A stretch of 24,191 bases of DNA. Source: a virus (taxonomy: Duplodnaviria; Caudoviricetes). Below, in pieces: positions 15,496-24,191 of the stretch. The notes under the pieces are model-generated. The model did no database searches. It saw only the letters and a list, made by a program, of their open reading frames with translations, and was not told the origin of the DNA. The number at the start of each line of letters is the position of its first letter. Position 1 is the stretch's first letter. The DNA lies in IMG/VR virus record IMGVR_UViG_3300007637_000015, positions 1 through 24,191 of that record; one strand, 5' to 3'. Both the position numbers and the translations under genes were made by a program.

Positions 15496-17844
15496 ATGGC
15501 AATGTTTGACGGATTTTCAGCGGAGGACTTCCAGAAGGCTATTGAAGCCAACCCTGAAGCATGGGGTAAAGCCCTAACAAGCGGTCTTAACAACGGATCA
15601 CCAGCAGGTAATCCCGGCTTTAGCCAGTCGGATACAGGCGGTGGGATGATATGGACAGAAGAAGGAGAAGCTACCCAAGCAGATAAGGATCAGTTCGCTA
15701 ATTGGTCTAACGCTCAGACGGGCGGTAATATGACAGGGGACTTCGAAACACAGACTCTTCAAGAGCAGTACCAACAGAAGATGGCTGATAACCCTGATAT
15801 GAAATACTCGGATGCCTTTATGAAGGTAGCTGACGGAACTGACACCTACTTAGGTCAGTCATATCAGAAGTCTATAGGACAGGACAACCGATCACCGAAC
15901 GGTGGTTTACCAGCAGACACGGCGGTAGACTTGGATTTCGGGGTGGGCATGAGCACAAAGAAGGCTCAGGAACAACAGATTCAGCAGAACGCAAAGACCG
16001 AAGCAAACGCAACCATCCCCGTAGAGGAAAGCAACCTAAACGCAACACCTAATCAAGGTATGCTTGCTCAGTCAGCAGGTACAGAGCTTCCCCAAGACTT
16101 CCTAGCTGACTACTACAATACTGGTGATGGCAAGGGTATGTTTGAGGAAGACTCAGCGGCAGTCGATGCAGCTAATGCCACTCCTAACGAAGCCGTACCC
16201 GTAGAGGAGAGCAATCTAAGCCCAACGGCTACCCCTGAGGAGGAGGTTGTAACGTCAGGCGCTCAAGGCGTAGAGGGTGGTACTCCTCTAGATGAGTTCC
16301 TTGTGTTCGTTCAGGAAGCTAACGGTAACTATCAGACAGAGCTGGATAGGATAGCACGTAGCGGACAGTATGACAGAGGCTCTCAGATTGAGGATGCCTC
16401 TAGTCACTTTGCTAGTGAGCAGACCGACCTTATCATGGCTGAGATGGAACGCTTAGGTATTACTCATGATATGTTGCAGCACTCAGTAAGTGGTAGTTCT
16501 AACGATGGCTACCGTGACCTAGGTGTTGCTAATCAGACTGCCTACGGTCGTGACTTCATGAACATGGTGAACAACGGTGACTATGGTGGTACTAACCCTA
16601 GGGATATAGCAGCACAGCCAGCAACAGAAACAATCTTTACTAACGATCAACTAGGAGACTTCACACTACAGGAAGTACCTGACAGCTCTGTATTCGATGA
16701 TCCCTTCGTTGGTATGATAGCAGGGGCCTTGGCTCCAATTACAGGCGGCTGGTCAGTCGTTGCACTTCAAGCAGCTAAAGCAATTACAGGTGAAACACTA
16801 CACGCTGGCAACTACGCCTCTGCTGTAGGCGCTATGGCAGGTCAGATCACTGACGTACTGGTTTCTCAAGGATTACCTCTGGAGTACGCTGAGCAAGTCA
16901 CTAAGGCTATTTCTGCTGGTTCTGATGCAGTAGGCCAGTCAGAAGACGAGAATGGAGATATCGTATGGCAACCTGTTGACGTATCTGATATTCTAGGTGA
17001 TGTACAGGTACAAGTGCCAGACTTCGAAGGGCCAGTAAAAGAGGAGGACGACGGAGGGGGCGGTTCAACAACAGACAGCTCTACGGAAGACAGTTCATCC
17101 TCTAGTACAGAGAGTCCACCGACCAACCCTTCACCAAACAATCCGCCGGAGAGTGGTAGTTCAGGTGGTGAAGACCTTAGTGATGACTGGGTCTGGAGTG
17201 ACGTAAATCAGGATGAGGAGGAGGTCTTCGGTGATGACTTTGAAGCACCCCCTGAGATAGGCGAGGACACAGATACGGAGCTAGGCCCTGACGACCCTGC
17301 GTGGTGGAAGGACATACTAGCAGGTATTGTTCCTGATAAGAACGGGAACATGCCTTCAGATGACCCATTTGGAGATACAACTGACGATGAATCAGATGGG
17401 TTAGACGGAGACGACGATGTCATTGAAAGCGAAACTACTGGAGATGACACTGATGGGACTACTGACGCTGACGGGACTACTGGTGATACTACCACTGGGG
17501 ATGTTACTGATGATACTGGGACGACTACTGACACAGGAACAGGAACTACTGGAACAAACACTGACGAAGAGGTCGTAGACGAAACCGGAGCCGAAGGAGA
17601 AAACCCTGACGATAATGTTGAAGGTGGCCCCGGCCCCGGCACTGGCCCCGGCGATGGTGACGGAGAAGGTGAAGGAGAGGGTGAAGGCGACGGCGGTCAG
17701 GTAGGTAAGCCCTTTGCATCTGGAGGGGGTGGTACTGAAGCTGAGTGGACTGAACTGTTCCCCTACACTAAGATCACACCTTTGCAGAAGAAGAAGCTGC
17801 TACCTATGGTCAAGTACATTAAACAAGCACGAGGAATGGTATGA
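15496..17844 (+). CDS. Large acidic low-complexity protein, possibly internal virion/ejection protein
   Basis: 782 aa with AAGGAG RBS; D/E/T/G/S-rich C-terminal third; central hydrophobic stretch (FVGMIAGALAPITGGWSVVALQAA); short basic C-terminus. Confidence 0.6.
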   Translation: MAMFDGFSAEDFQKAIEANPEAWGKALTSGLNNGSPAGNPGFSQSDTGGGMIWTEEGEATQADKDQFANWSNAQTGGNMTGDFETQTLQEQYQQKMADNPDMKYSDAFMKVADGTDTYLGQSYQKSIGQDNRSPNGGLPADTAVDLDFGVGMSTKKAQEQQIQQNAKTEANATIPVEESNLNATPNQGMLAQSAGTELPQDFLADYYNTGDGKGMFEEDSAAVDAANATPNEAVPVEESNLSPTATPEEEVVTSGAQGVEGGTPLDEFLVFVQEANGNYQTELDRIARSGQYDRGSQIEDASSHFASEQTDLIMAEMERLGITHDMLQHSVSGSSNDGYRDLGVANQTAYGRDFMNMVNNGDYGGTNPRDIAAQPATETIFTNDQLGDFTLQEVPDSSVFDDPFVGMIAGALAPITGGWSVVALQAAKAITGETLHAGNYASAVGAMAGQITDVLVSQGLPLEYAEQVTKAISAGSDAVGQSEDENGDIVWQPVDVSDILGDVQVQVPDFEGPVKEEDDGGGGSTTDSSTEDSSSSSTESPPTNPSPNNPPESGSSGGEDLSDDWVWSDVNQDEEEVFGDDFEAPPEIGEDTDTELGPDDPAWWKDILAGIVPDKNGNMPSDDPFGDTTDDESDGLDGDDDVIESETTGDDTDGTTDADGTTGDTTTGDVTDDTGTTTDTGTGTTGTNTDEEVVDETGAEGENPDDNVEGGPGPGTGPGDGDGEGEGEGEGDGGQVGKPFASGGGGTEAEWTELFPYTKITPLQKKKLLPMVKYIKQARGMV

Positions 17845-18491
17845 CATACCTAGAAGTAGTAAACGAAGTGCTGACTCGTCTTCGCCAAGACCCTATCACG
17901 GGGATCATTGGTGAGGATGACGAGTCGGCCAAGATGGTAATCAAGCTAGTGAACGATGCCAAAACCAAAGTGGAGAATGCCCATAACTGGAGTGTTCTCC
18001 GTAAGGAATGGAATCTCACTACTGTAGACAGCCAGAAGCGGTACGACCTACTAGACTCGCACAACTATATCAAAGTAGAGAGCATGTCTAACGAGGACGC
18101 AGGCTACTGGATTGAGCAGACCAGCACTAAGCAGATGAAGCAGAAGCACTGGGGGCCACAGGTCGCTGGTAATCCTCTGTTCTTCACTGTGTCTGGTGCT
18201 GCCTCTAATGGTAACGCTACTGTCGATGTATGGCCTCTCCCTAAGGCAGGTGTCAGCCTGTCCGTTGAGGGGTTCCAGAATCAGGATACTCTTACAGCAG
18301 ATGGCGATATCTTGCTAGTCCCTGCCCTGCCTGTGATCTACGAAGCCTTAGCTATGGCAGCTAGAGAGCGTGGTGAAGTAGGCGGTCAGACTGCTCTGGA
18401 AATATTCGGAGTAGCCAAGCAATACCTGATGGACGCAGTAGCCCTAGATGGCGCACTGTCTCCTCTGGACAACATCTGGTACTCAGTCTAA
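17841..18491 (+). CDS. Head-tail adaptor / tail tubular protein A-like
   Basis: MTYLEVVNEVLTRLRQ, LVNDAK..VE.AHNWS.LR and VDVWPLP motifs typical of podovirus adaptors. Confidence 0.85.
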   Translation: MTYLEVVNEVLTRLRQDPITGIIGEDDESAKMVIKLVNDAKTKVENAHNWSVLRKEWNLTTVDSQKRYDLLDSHNYIKVESMSNEDAGYWIEQTSTKQMKQKHWGPQVAGNPLFFTVSGAASNGNATVDVWPLPKAGVSLSVEGFQNQDTLTADGDILLVPALPVIYEALAMAARERGEVGGQTALEIFGVAKQYLMDAVALDGALSPLDNIWYSV

Positions 18492-20161
18492 TGTCACAGC
18501 CTCAAGTAAACGTCAACGTCCCTGCTGTTGGTTCTAATGGCATCAACACAGAGGACTCTCCAATCTCACAAGATCACTCTTTCGTAGCAGTAGCTGACAA
18601 TGCTGTTATCGATAAGTTTGGTCGAATTGGAGGGCGCAAGGCGTTCGCCACTGACACAGTTACTTTCCCCTCCCCTCCCACTATCGTTGGAGCAGTAACC
18701 TACAACCTAGAAATTGACTCACTCGAAGGAGGGGTTATAGGGCCTTCGTCCAAAGTTCTAGCTATAGGCACCTACACAGGCTATGATGCTAACGGTGGTG
18801 TCGTAGGTCGTGCTCGGCGTATCTTTGAGCGATCTGGTTCAGTACTGACCGTAGCAGGTGGTACTCCAACTATCAATGACGATAGCACTCTCTCCTCTGC
18901 CCAAATCGTAGCCACAGATGACAGGTTCTATATCTTCTCTGAAGGTAACGAGGTTCTAGTGTGGAACGGGACAGTAGTCACTAACCTGTCTGCTGATGGG
19001 GCTTATATCGGTATCGATAACGGTGCAGGGCCAGAGATACCTACGTTTGACCGTGGTATGGCCGCGTATGGCCGTATATGGGCCACAGGGCATGAGGGTG
19101 ACAGTAACACTGTGTACTACTCAGACCTCCTCATAGGGTCTTCTTGGTACACTACAGGCGGCACAGACCCCCTCTCTACTGCTGGTAAGATCAACGTACT
19201 AGAGAACTGGCCTAACGGTAGGGATGAGATAGTAGGGATAGCAGCTCACAACAACATGCTGATCGTATTTGGTCGTGAAGCTATACTGGTGTACAACGCT
19301 GGTTATGGCGATCCTGCTGACCCCGCTAGTGGCTTTACGCTACAGGATACTATCTCTAACGTAGGTTGTGTGGCCAGAGACGCTATCGTGAATATCGGTA
19401 CTGACGTTCTCTTCGTAGATGACTCAGGTGTCCGGTCACTAGCTCGTACCATTCAGGAACGCTCCTCCCCTATGGGTAACCTTACAGTTAAGGTTCGTGG
19501 AGACATCACAAGCCTGATTGCTCAAGTAGACAGCGATACTATTAAGATGGTGTATGACGGTTCTAACAACTTCGCTCTGGTGCTCTTTGAGTCTGAGCAG
19601 TTAGTGTATTGCCTAGACCTTAAGCTGTATACCTCAGGCGGTGTATCCCGTGTCACACGATGGACAGGTTGCGGCTTCAAGTGTATGGAGTTCATCGAGG
19701 AAGCCAACACGCCTACCTTGTTACTTGGTGGACGGAGCAACACAGGAGTGCTGAGGTACGAAGGATACACACAGCATGACAGCCTCCCTTACCTCTTCAA
19801 ATACTACAGTAACCCTATGAACTTCGGAGAGCCTGCTAAGACTAAGATCGTTAAGCAGGTAGACTACACAATTATCAGTGGTCAGTTCGATGCTGAAGGG
19901 TTCGCAAAGTACGGGTACGATAACATAGGCGAGTACAAAACTAAACGATTAAACCTTATCGCCAACCCAGCCGCCTACTACGGTGAAGCAATATGGAATG
20001 AAGAAACATACGGTGCCTCAGATGAGCTAATCAGACGATACAGGGTTAATACAGGTGGTTCAGGTGAATCACTGGTTATAGGATTAGAAACCGAAGTACT
20101 AGGCAACACAGTCTCACTTCAGGAAATCAACGTACAAACACTTATAGGAAGGATTAACTAA
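18491..20161 (+). CDS. Tail nozzle / stabilisation protein (P22 gp10 or tubular B-like beta-propeller)
   Basis: GINTEDS, VYYSDLL, NVGCVARDAIVNIGTDVLFVDDSGVRSL motifs; follows the adaptor. Confidence 0.85.
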   Translation: MSQPQVNVNVPAVGSNGINTEDSPISQDHSFVAVADNAVIDKFGRIGGRKAFATDTVTFPSPPTIVGAVTYNLEIDSLEGGVIGPSSKVLAIGTYTGYDANGGVVGRARRIFERSGSVLTVAGGTPTINDDSTLSSAQIVATDDRFYIFSEGNEVLVWNGTVVTNLSADGAYIGIDNGAGPEIPTFDRGMAAYGRIWATGHEGDSNTVYYSDLLIGSSWYTTGGTDPLSTAGKINVLENWPNGRDEIVGIAAHNNMLIVFGREAILVYNAGYGDPADPASGFTLQDTISNVGCVARDAIVNIGTDVLFVDDSGVRSLARTIQERSSPMGNLTVKVRGDITSLIAQVDSDTIKMVYDGSNNFALVLFESEQLVYCLDLKLYTSGGVSRVTRWTGCGFKCMEFIEEANTPTLLLGGRSNTGVLRYEGYTQHDSLPYLFKYYSNPMNFGEPAKTKIVKQVDYTIISGQFDAEGFAKYGYDNIGEYKTKRLNLIANPAAYYGEAIWNEETYGASDELIRRYRVNTGGSGESLVIGLETEVLGNTVSLQEINVQTLIGRIN

Positions 20162-21588
20162 TGGGCGCAGAAACAGAAAATGACCCCGGTATGCTTGAAG
20201 GACTGTTACCTACAGCAATAACAGGTGCTGCAGGCTTGGCTATGGCTGGTGACATAACTACCACTGGCGCTAACCTGAATGACGAGCTTCAAGGGATGGC
20301 TGATGAAGCTGCAACGAATACAGCGTTCACAGGGTATGGGGTAAAGACAGGACTCAGTCCCACTGAAACCACTATTGCCGCAGATGGTAGTATTGAATCA
20401 GCAGTAGGCCCTGACAGTAAGCTACGGACAGCAGGTGGTAACGCCATAGTAAATGGTAAGACTGGTATGCAGAACGCCATGACTGGACTAGCCAGCGCTG
20501 GCACTAACGCTAACACGGGCAGGTTTGACACCGCTATGGGTAACGCTGCCATGATGACTGGTTTATCGTCTGGTAACGGCAACGTAGGTAGATTCGATAC
20601 CGCGATGGGCAATGCTGCAGCAATGAATGCCTACTCATCTAACAACCCTAATGCGGCTGGTGCTGGTGGTATGCTCCAAGGTGCTATGGGTGGGTTGGCA
20701 GGTCAGCAAGCTGGAGCCTTAGGTGCTTCACAGCAAGCCATGAACAACAGTATGCAGGATAACGGCGCTAGAGAGCAAGAGATATACGGTCGTATGATGG
20801 CCGCTCAACAGCCGGGTATGGATAGAGCAAGGGCAGGAATGGAAGCTCGTGCTCAGGCACAAGGTCGAGGCGGTATCTCAGGCTCTCAGTACGGTGGTTC
20901 TGGTGAGCAACACGCTCAGTCAAGAGCAGAAGCAGAAGCCCGTAACTCAGCTATGATGGGTGCTATGAACCAGAGCCAGACTGAGATGATGAACCAAGGT
21001 CAGTTGTCTAGCATGTACGGCCAGATGGGACAGGGCGCTGCGGGTATGCAGGGTAACCTAGCTAACATGTACGCTAATGTAGGTGCTCAGAATGCACAGA
21101 TCGGCCAAGGCGCTACTGCACTGGCTTACCAAGGTGCTAACCAGATACAGCAAGCAGGCATACAGAACGCACAAGTAGGTCAAGGGGCGGCAGCTCTAGC
21201 CTATCAGGGAGCTAACCAACTCCAGAACGCAGGTATCCAGAATGCTCAGCTAGGACAAGGTGCTTACGGTCAAATGGGTAACATTGGTGCTCAGATGATG
21301 AATGCTGGCACTAACGCCTACAACGCACAGTACGGTGACATGAACGCAGAGCTAGGCTACTTAGGTGCTGGTGCAACTAACGCTGATATGTCTCAGACTG
21401 GACAGATCACTGGAGCTAACCTTGGCGCACAGCTTGACCTTGGTGGAGCACAGATAGAAATGAACGCTAACAAAGCAGCCTCTGAACTATACGGTAATAT
21501 GTTCGGAGCCATGGCAGCTCCACTAGGGAATCTAGGGAAAAACATGGATGATGCAGGCGGTTTCATGGAATGGCTGAAGAACCTATAA
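20161..21588 (+). CDS. Putative DNA ejection/pilot protein (G/A/Q/M/N-rich)
   Basis: Position after the nozzle, composition, RAQAQGRGG motif, and internal 23-aa and 25-aa repeats. Confidence 0.7.
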   Translation: MGAETENDPGMLEGLLPTAITGAAGLAMAGDITTTGANLNDELQGMADEAATNTAFTGYGVKTGLSPTETTIAADGSIESAVGPDSKLRTAGGNAIVNGKTGMQNAMTGLASAGTNANTGRFDTAMGNAAMMTGLSSGNGNVGRFDTAMGNAAAMNAYSSNNPNAAGAGGMLQGAMGGLAGQQAGALGASQQAMNNSMQDNGAREQEIYGRMMAAQQPGMDRARAGMEARAQAQGRGGISGSQYGGSGEQHAQSRAEAEARNSAMMGAMNQSQTEMMNQGQLSSMYGQMGQGAAGMQGNLANMYANVGAQNAQIGQGATALAYQGANQIQQAGIQNAQVGQGAAALAYQGANQLQNAGIQNAQLGQGAYGQMGNIGAQMMNAGTNAYNAQYGDMNAELGYLGAGATNADMSQTGQITGANLGAQLDLGGAQIEMNANKAASELYGNMFGAMAAPLGNLGKNMDDAGGFMEWLKNL

Positions 21589-21598
21589 GGAGAGTAAC

Positions 21599-23077
21599 AT
21601 GGCAGGATCAGCAATAAACTTAGGTGGTATGCTTTCTCAGATGGGTAACAGCATGGGCAACATGGGTGATAGCGTAGGTCGGGGTATGTTCCAACCTATG
21701 CTTGACAAGCAGGCAGAAGAACGTGCAGCACAGCGACAGATAGACGAGGAAAAGCGTAAGGAAGCCTACCTCGATAGACTCAAGGCAGAAGCACTCCTCA
21801 AAAAGCAAGGGGAGATGAAAGACGCTCAGGTTATCACAGGGGAAGCTCAGGCCAGCTTGAATACCTTGGACGGTAGAGGCTATGCCGAGAAAGGTCGGCA
21901 GATGCAAGACGCTGGCATACTACACGGCAACGATGATATGTTCGACGCAGGCGCTAAGATGATTGTTGATGCTGAGGGAATCAAAACTCAAGGTGCTATG
22001 AAAGGTATCTACGAGATTGAGAAGCAGCTCGATAATCAGGACATGGGTAAAGAAGCAACGGCTCTTGCAGCTAAGACTGGTATGTCTCAAGAAGATGCTA
22101 TGGCTCAAGTCCAAAGGCGTAATGAGATACTGACTGCTCGTAAGGCAGAGCTGGAAGAGGTTCCGGGTGTAGCTGCTGCACAGGCTGACCTACGTCTCAA
22201 GCAACAGACAGCAGAACTGAAGCGACTGGAAGTGGCTGGTGCTCGACACGCAGAAAATGCCAGAACAGAAGCAACGAACGCATCAAGGGCTGCGGCTGCA
22301 ATCATGCAAGGAGCAGAGCCTAAAAAAGCCTATGAAAACTTAACAACCGTAGAAAGAGAAAAAGCACAGCAACTTGTAGGAGACTACAGTTCTAAGGCAC
22401 AAGAGCGTCGCGACCTAGCTGTATCGGTTGTAGATCAACGTGGTAGCCTGAAAGGAGCGGAGCTTACTCGGTACGAGCAGACACTAGCTGCTGGTCAAGG
22501 GTTTAAGACTGCTAACAAAAACCTTGCTAAAGCACGTGACGCTCAAGCTGCTGCTGAACTGGCAGGGAAGGTTAAGCTGGAACAACAGAGAGCTACTGCT
22601 GATGCTGCTTCTTTGATGACTCAGTTACTGACTACCAGTAGTACTGATGGCTGGCTTAAGTTCGATGCTAGGGAAGACATGCAAGAACACTTCAAAGATT
22701 TATCTCCAGACGAAAGAAAGCAGGCGATTATTGATGCTGCTGTTATCTACCAAACTGAATTCAACAGTAACGAAGGCGATCAACAAGCTGCTGCTGAAGT
22801 AGCTATGACTGCTATTGCTAGACAGTACGGTCTTGATACAACAGTCAACGTAGCTATGACGGAACAGCAGAAGACGTTTGACGCTGACTGGAAGCTCAAC
22901 AAAGACGACGTACTAGAGCTGTACAAAGGTGATTTCCCTGACGGTATGACTGAGAAAGATGAGGCATGGGTTAGAAGTCGGTGGGAAGAAGACTCTCTTA
23001 AGGAAGCATCAGAAGCAGCACATGCAGAATCATGGGGCAATAACTATGGTCGAATTGGTCAATCCGTTCCGAGGTAA
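21599..23077 (+). CDS. Putative ejection/internal virion protein, alpha-helical
   Basis: TAAGGAG RBS; G/M-rich N-terminus followed by A/E/K/Q coiled coils; position in the ejection cluster. Confidence 0.65.
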   Translation: MAGSAINLGGMLSQMGNSMGNMGDSVGRGMFQPMLDKQAEERAAQRQIDEEKRKEAYLDRLKAEALLKKQGEMKDAQVITGEAQASLNTLDGRGYAEKGRQMQDAGILHGNDDMFDAGAKMIVDAEGIKTQGAMKGIYEIEKQLDNQDMGKEATALAAKTGMSQEDAMAQVQRRNEILTARKAELEEVPGVAAAQADLRLKQQTAELKRLEVAGARHAENARTEATNASRAAAAIMQGAEPKKAYENLTTVEREKAQQLVGDYSSKAQERRDLAVSVVDQRGSLKGAELTRYEQTLAAGQGFKTANKNLAKARDAQAAAELAGKVKLEQQRATADAASLMTQLLTTSSTDGWLKFDAREDMQEHFKDLSPDERKQAIIDAAVIYQTEFNSNEGDQQAAAEVAMTAIARQYGLDTTVNVAMTEQQKTFDADWKLNKDDVLELYKGDFPDGMTEKDEAWVRSRWEEDSLKEASEAAHAESWGNNYGRIGQSVPR

Positions 23078-23083
23078 CAAGTA

Positions 23084-24191
23084 ATGAGTAGAATACCTGC
23101 CGAGCTATTAGGAGGGGTTGTCAAAGATGATACCCCTATCCGCCCTGACGTAGACTTGAGTCAAGCGCCACGAGCTACTGCTGTTGTAGAGCAAGCGGAG
23201 TACGACAAAAGAGTTAGCGGAGAGATCGCTTTAAAAGGAATGACATTTGGACTGTCTGACAGAATGACTGAGCTTATGTCTGGAGATGCAGACTTACAGA
23301 GGTATCTGACAGAATCAGACAGAGAGCAATATGAAACCATGAACCCCGGCAAGTCTATGGCCTATGAGATCGCAGGTAGTTTGCCTACTTCTCTGGGCCT
23401 AGGCGGTGCATTAGCTAAGGTTGGTATTAAGAGTGCTGCTGCTGTAGGTGGTATAGAAGGTGCTGCCTATGGTTTGGGTACTGAAGGTGTTGAAGGAGGT
23501 GTGATAGGAGGGATTGCTGGTCTTGCTGGAGGTAAGGCTATCGACGTACTCATGGGTAAGATGAAGTCTGCCGCTGCTAAAGGGGAGAAGTACACTCCTA
23601 CTACTGCTGAGAAGAAGATGGCTATCGACGGTAACGCTGATAACATCACCGATAAGGAGTTGTATGACGAGATAATTGAAGCTAACAAACGTCAGACTAT
23701 TGAGAACAACCGTGTCTTATACGACGAAGCGGAGAAAGCAGCCAAGACTCTGAAGAAGCATAAGGACTACGTAGGGCCTCCTACTTTCAAGGTTGCAGAT
23801 GACCTAACACCACCAACAGCTAACGATGGTTTCAATATCGCAGATGCTTGGCAGTATGCTGAAGAAGTGTTCGGTATCACTAACAGGAACATTACTGAGA
23901 TCGTGGAAAAGCATGGTGGTATGAAGATATCTAGTAAGATGGACTCTACCTACAAACCTACTGTTATGGAAGTGTTGAAGCTAGACAAGATGTTCACTAA
24001 GTCTGGAACACCACCACCACCTCCCGGACAGATTGGGCAGTGGTACGAGAAGACCTTCCTTCCTGTTGTTGACGTGGTACGTAAGTACTACTCCCCTAAG
24101 GTAGCAGCACAGCTTGACAGGTCATACGATACAACCACACGTAGGAACGCTTTCTTCACAGATACTTTGATGAAGCCTATGGAGAACGTCT
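23084..24191 (+). CDS. Putative large ejection protein, 3' truncated by window end (not in ORF track)
   Basis: GAGG RBS at 23071; ATG 23084 gives MSRIPAELLGG...KGMTFGLSD...NPGKSMAYEIAGSLPT and a G/A-rich hydrophobic segment. The frame appears open to the window end. Confidence 0.75.
   Translation, partial: MSRIPAELLGGVVKDDTPIRPDVDLSQAPRATAVVEQAEYDKRVSGEIALKGMTFGLSDRMTELMSGDADLQRYLTESDREQYETMNPGKSMAYEIAGSLPTSLGLGGALAKVGIKSAAAVGGIEGAAYGLGTEGVEGGVIGGIAGLAGGKAIDVLMGKMKSAAAKGEKYTPTTAEKKMAIDGNADNITDKELYDEIIEANKRQTIENNRVLYDEAEKAAKTLKKHKDYVGPPTFKVADDLTPPTANDGFNIADAWQYAEEVFGITNRNITEIVEKHGGMKISSKMDSTYKPTVMEVLKLDKMFTKSGTPPPPPGQIGQWYEKTFLPVVDVVRKYYSPKVAAQLDRSYDTTTRRNAFFTDTLMKPMENV

Noticed and set aside
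953-23688. Numerous minus-strand and alternate-frame ORFs in the track (e.g. 953-1264, 1638-2165, 7864-8295, 13295-13714, 17208-17642)
   Set aside because: They are shadows of well-supported plus-strand genes, with no RBS or recognisable motifs.
1-24191. tRNA/rRNA genes, integrase, transposase, introns or inteins, anti-phage defence genes
   Set aside because: None recognisable; terL, portal and capsid appear uninterrupted and of normal length.

Overview
This window is part of a tailed dsDNA phage genome with podovirus-type organisation, probably infecting a Proteobacterium (inferred from sigma70 and Fur-like sites). A short leftward gene (11-331) is separated by a ~650-bp divergent control region from a rightward morphogenesis operon. 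The operon runs: small and large terminase, portal, a ~6.1-kb collagen/fibre/adhesin cassette, small head genes, scaffold, major capsid, a second fibre plus adhesin pair, a large acidic low-complexity protein, adaptor, nozzle and three putative ejection proteins (the last cut off by the window end). The most notable signals are: (i) a near-consensus Fur box over the start of the leftward gene, with a weaker one over its putative promoter, suggesting host-iron-responsive phage regulation; (ii) a GCGAAGC hairpin with an alternative fold in the same leader; (iii) two parallel fibre plus 'MALP-SG' tip-protein modules, one inserted in the head operon; (iv) repeated intergenic motifs and an RBS-sequestering hairpin before the scaffold gene. 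All assignments come from motif recognition and gene order; no searches were run.
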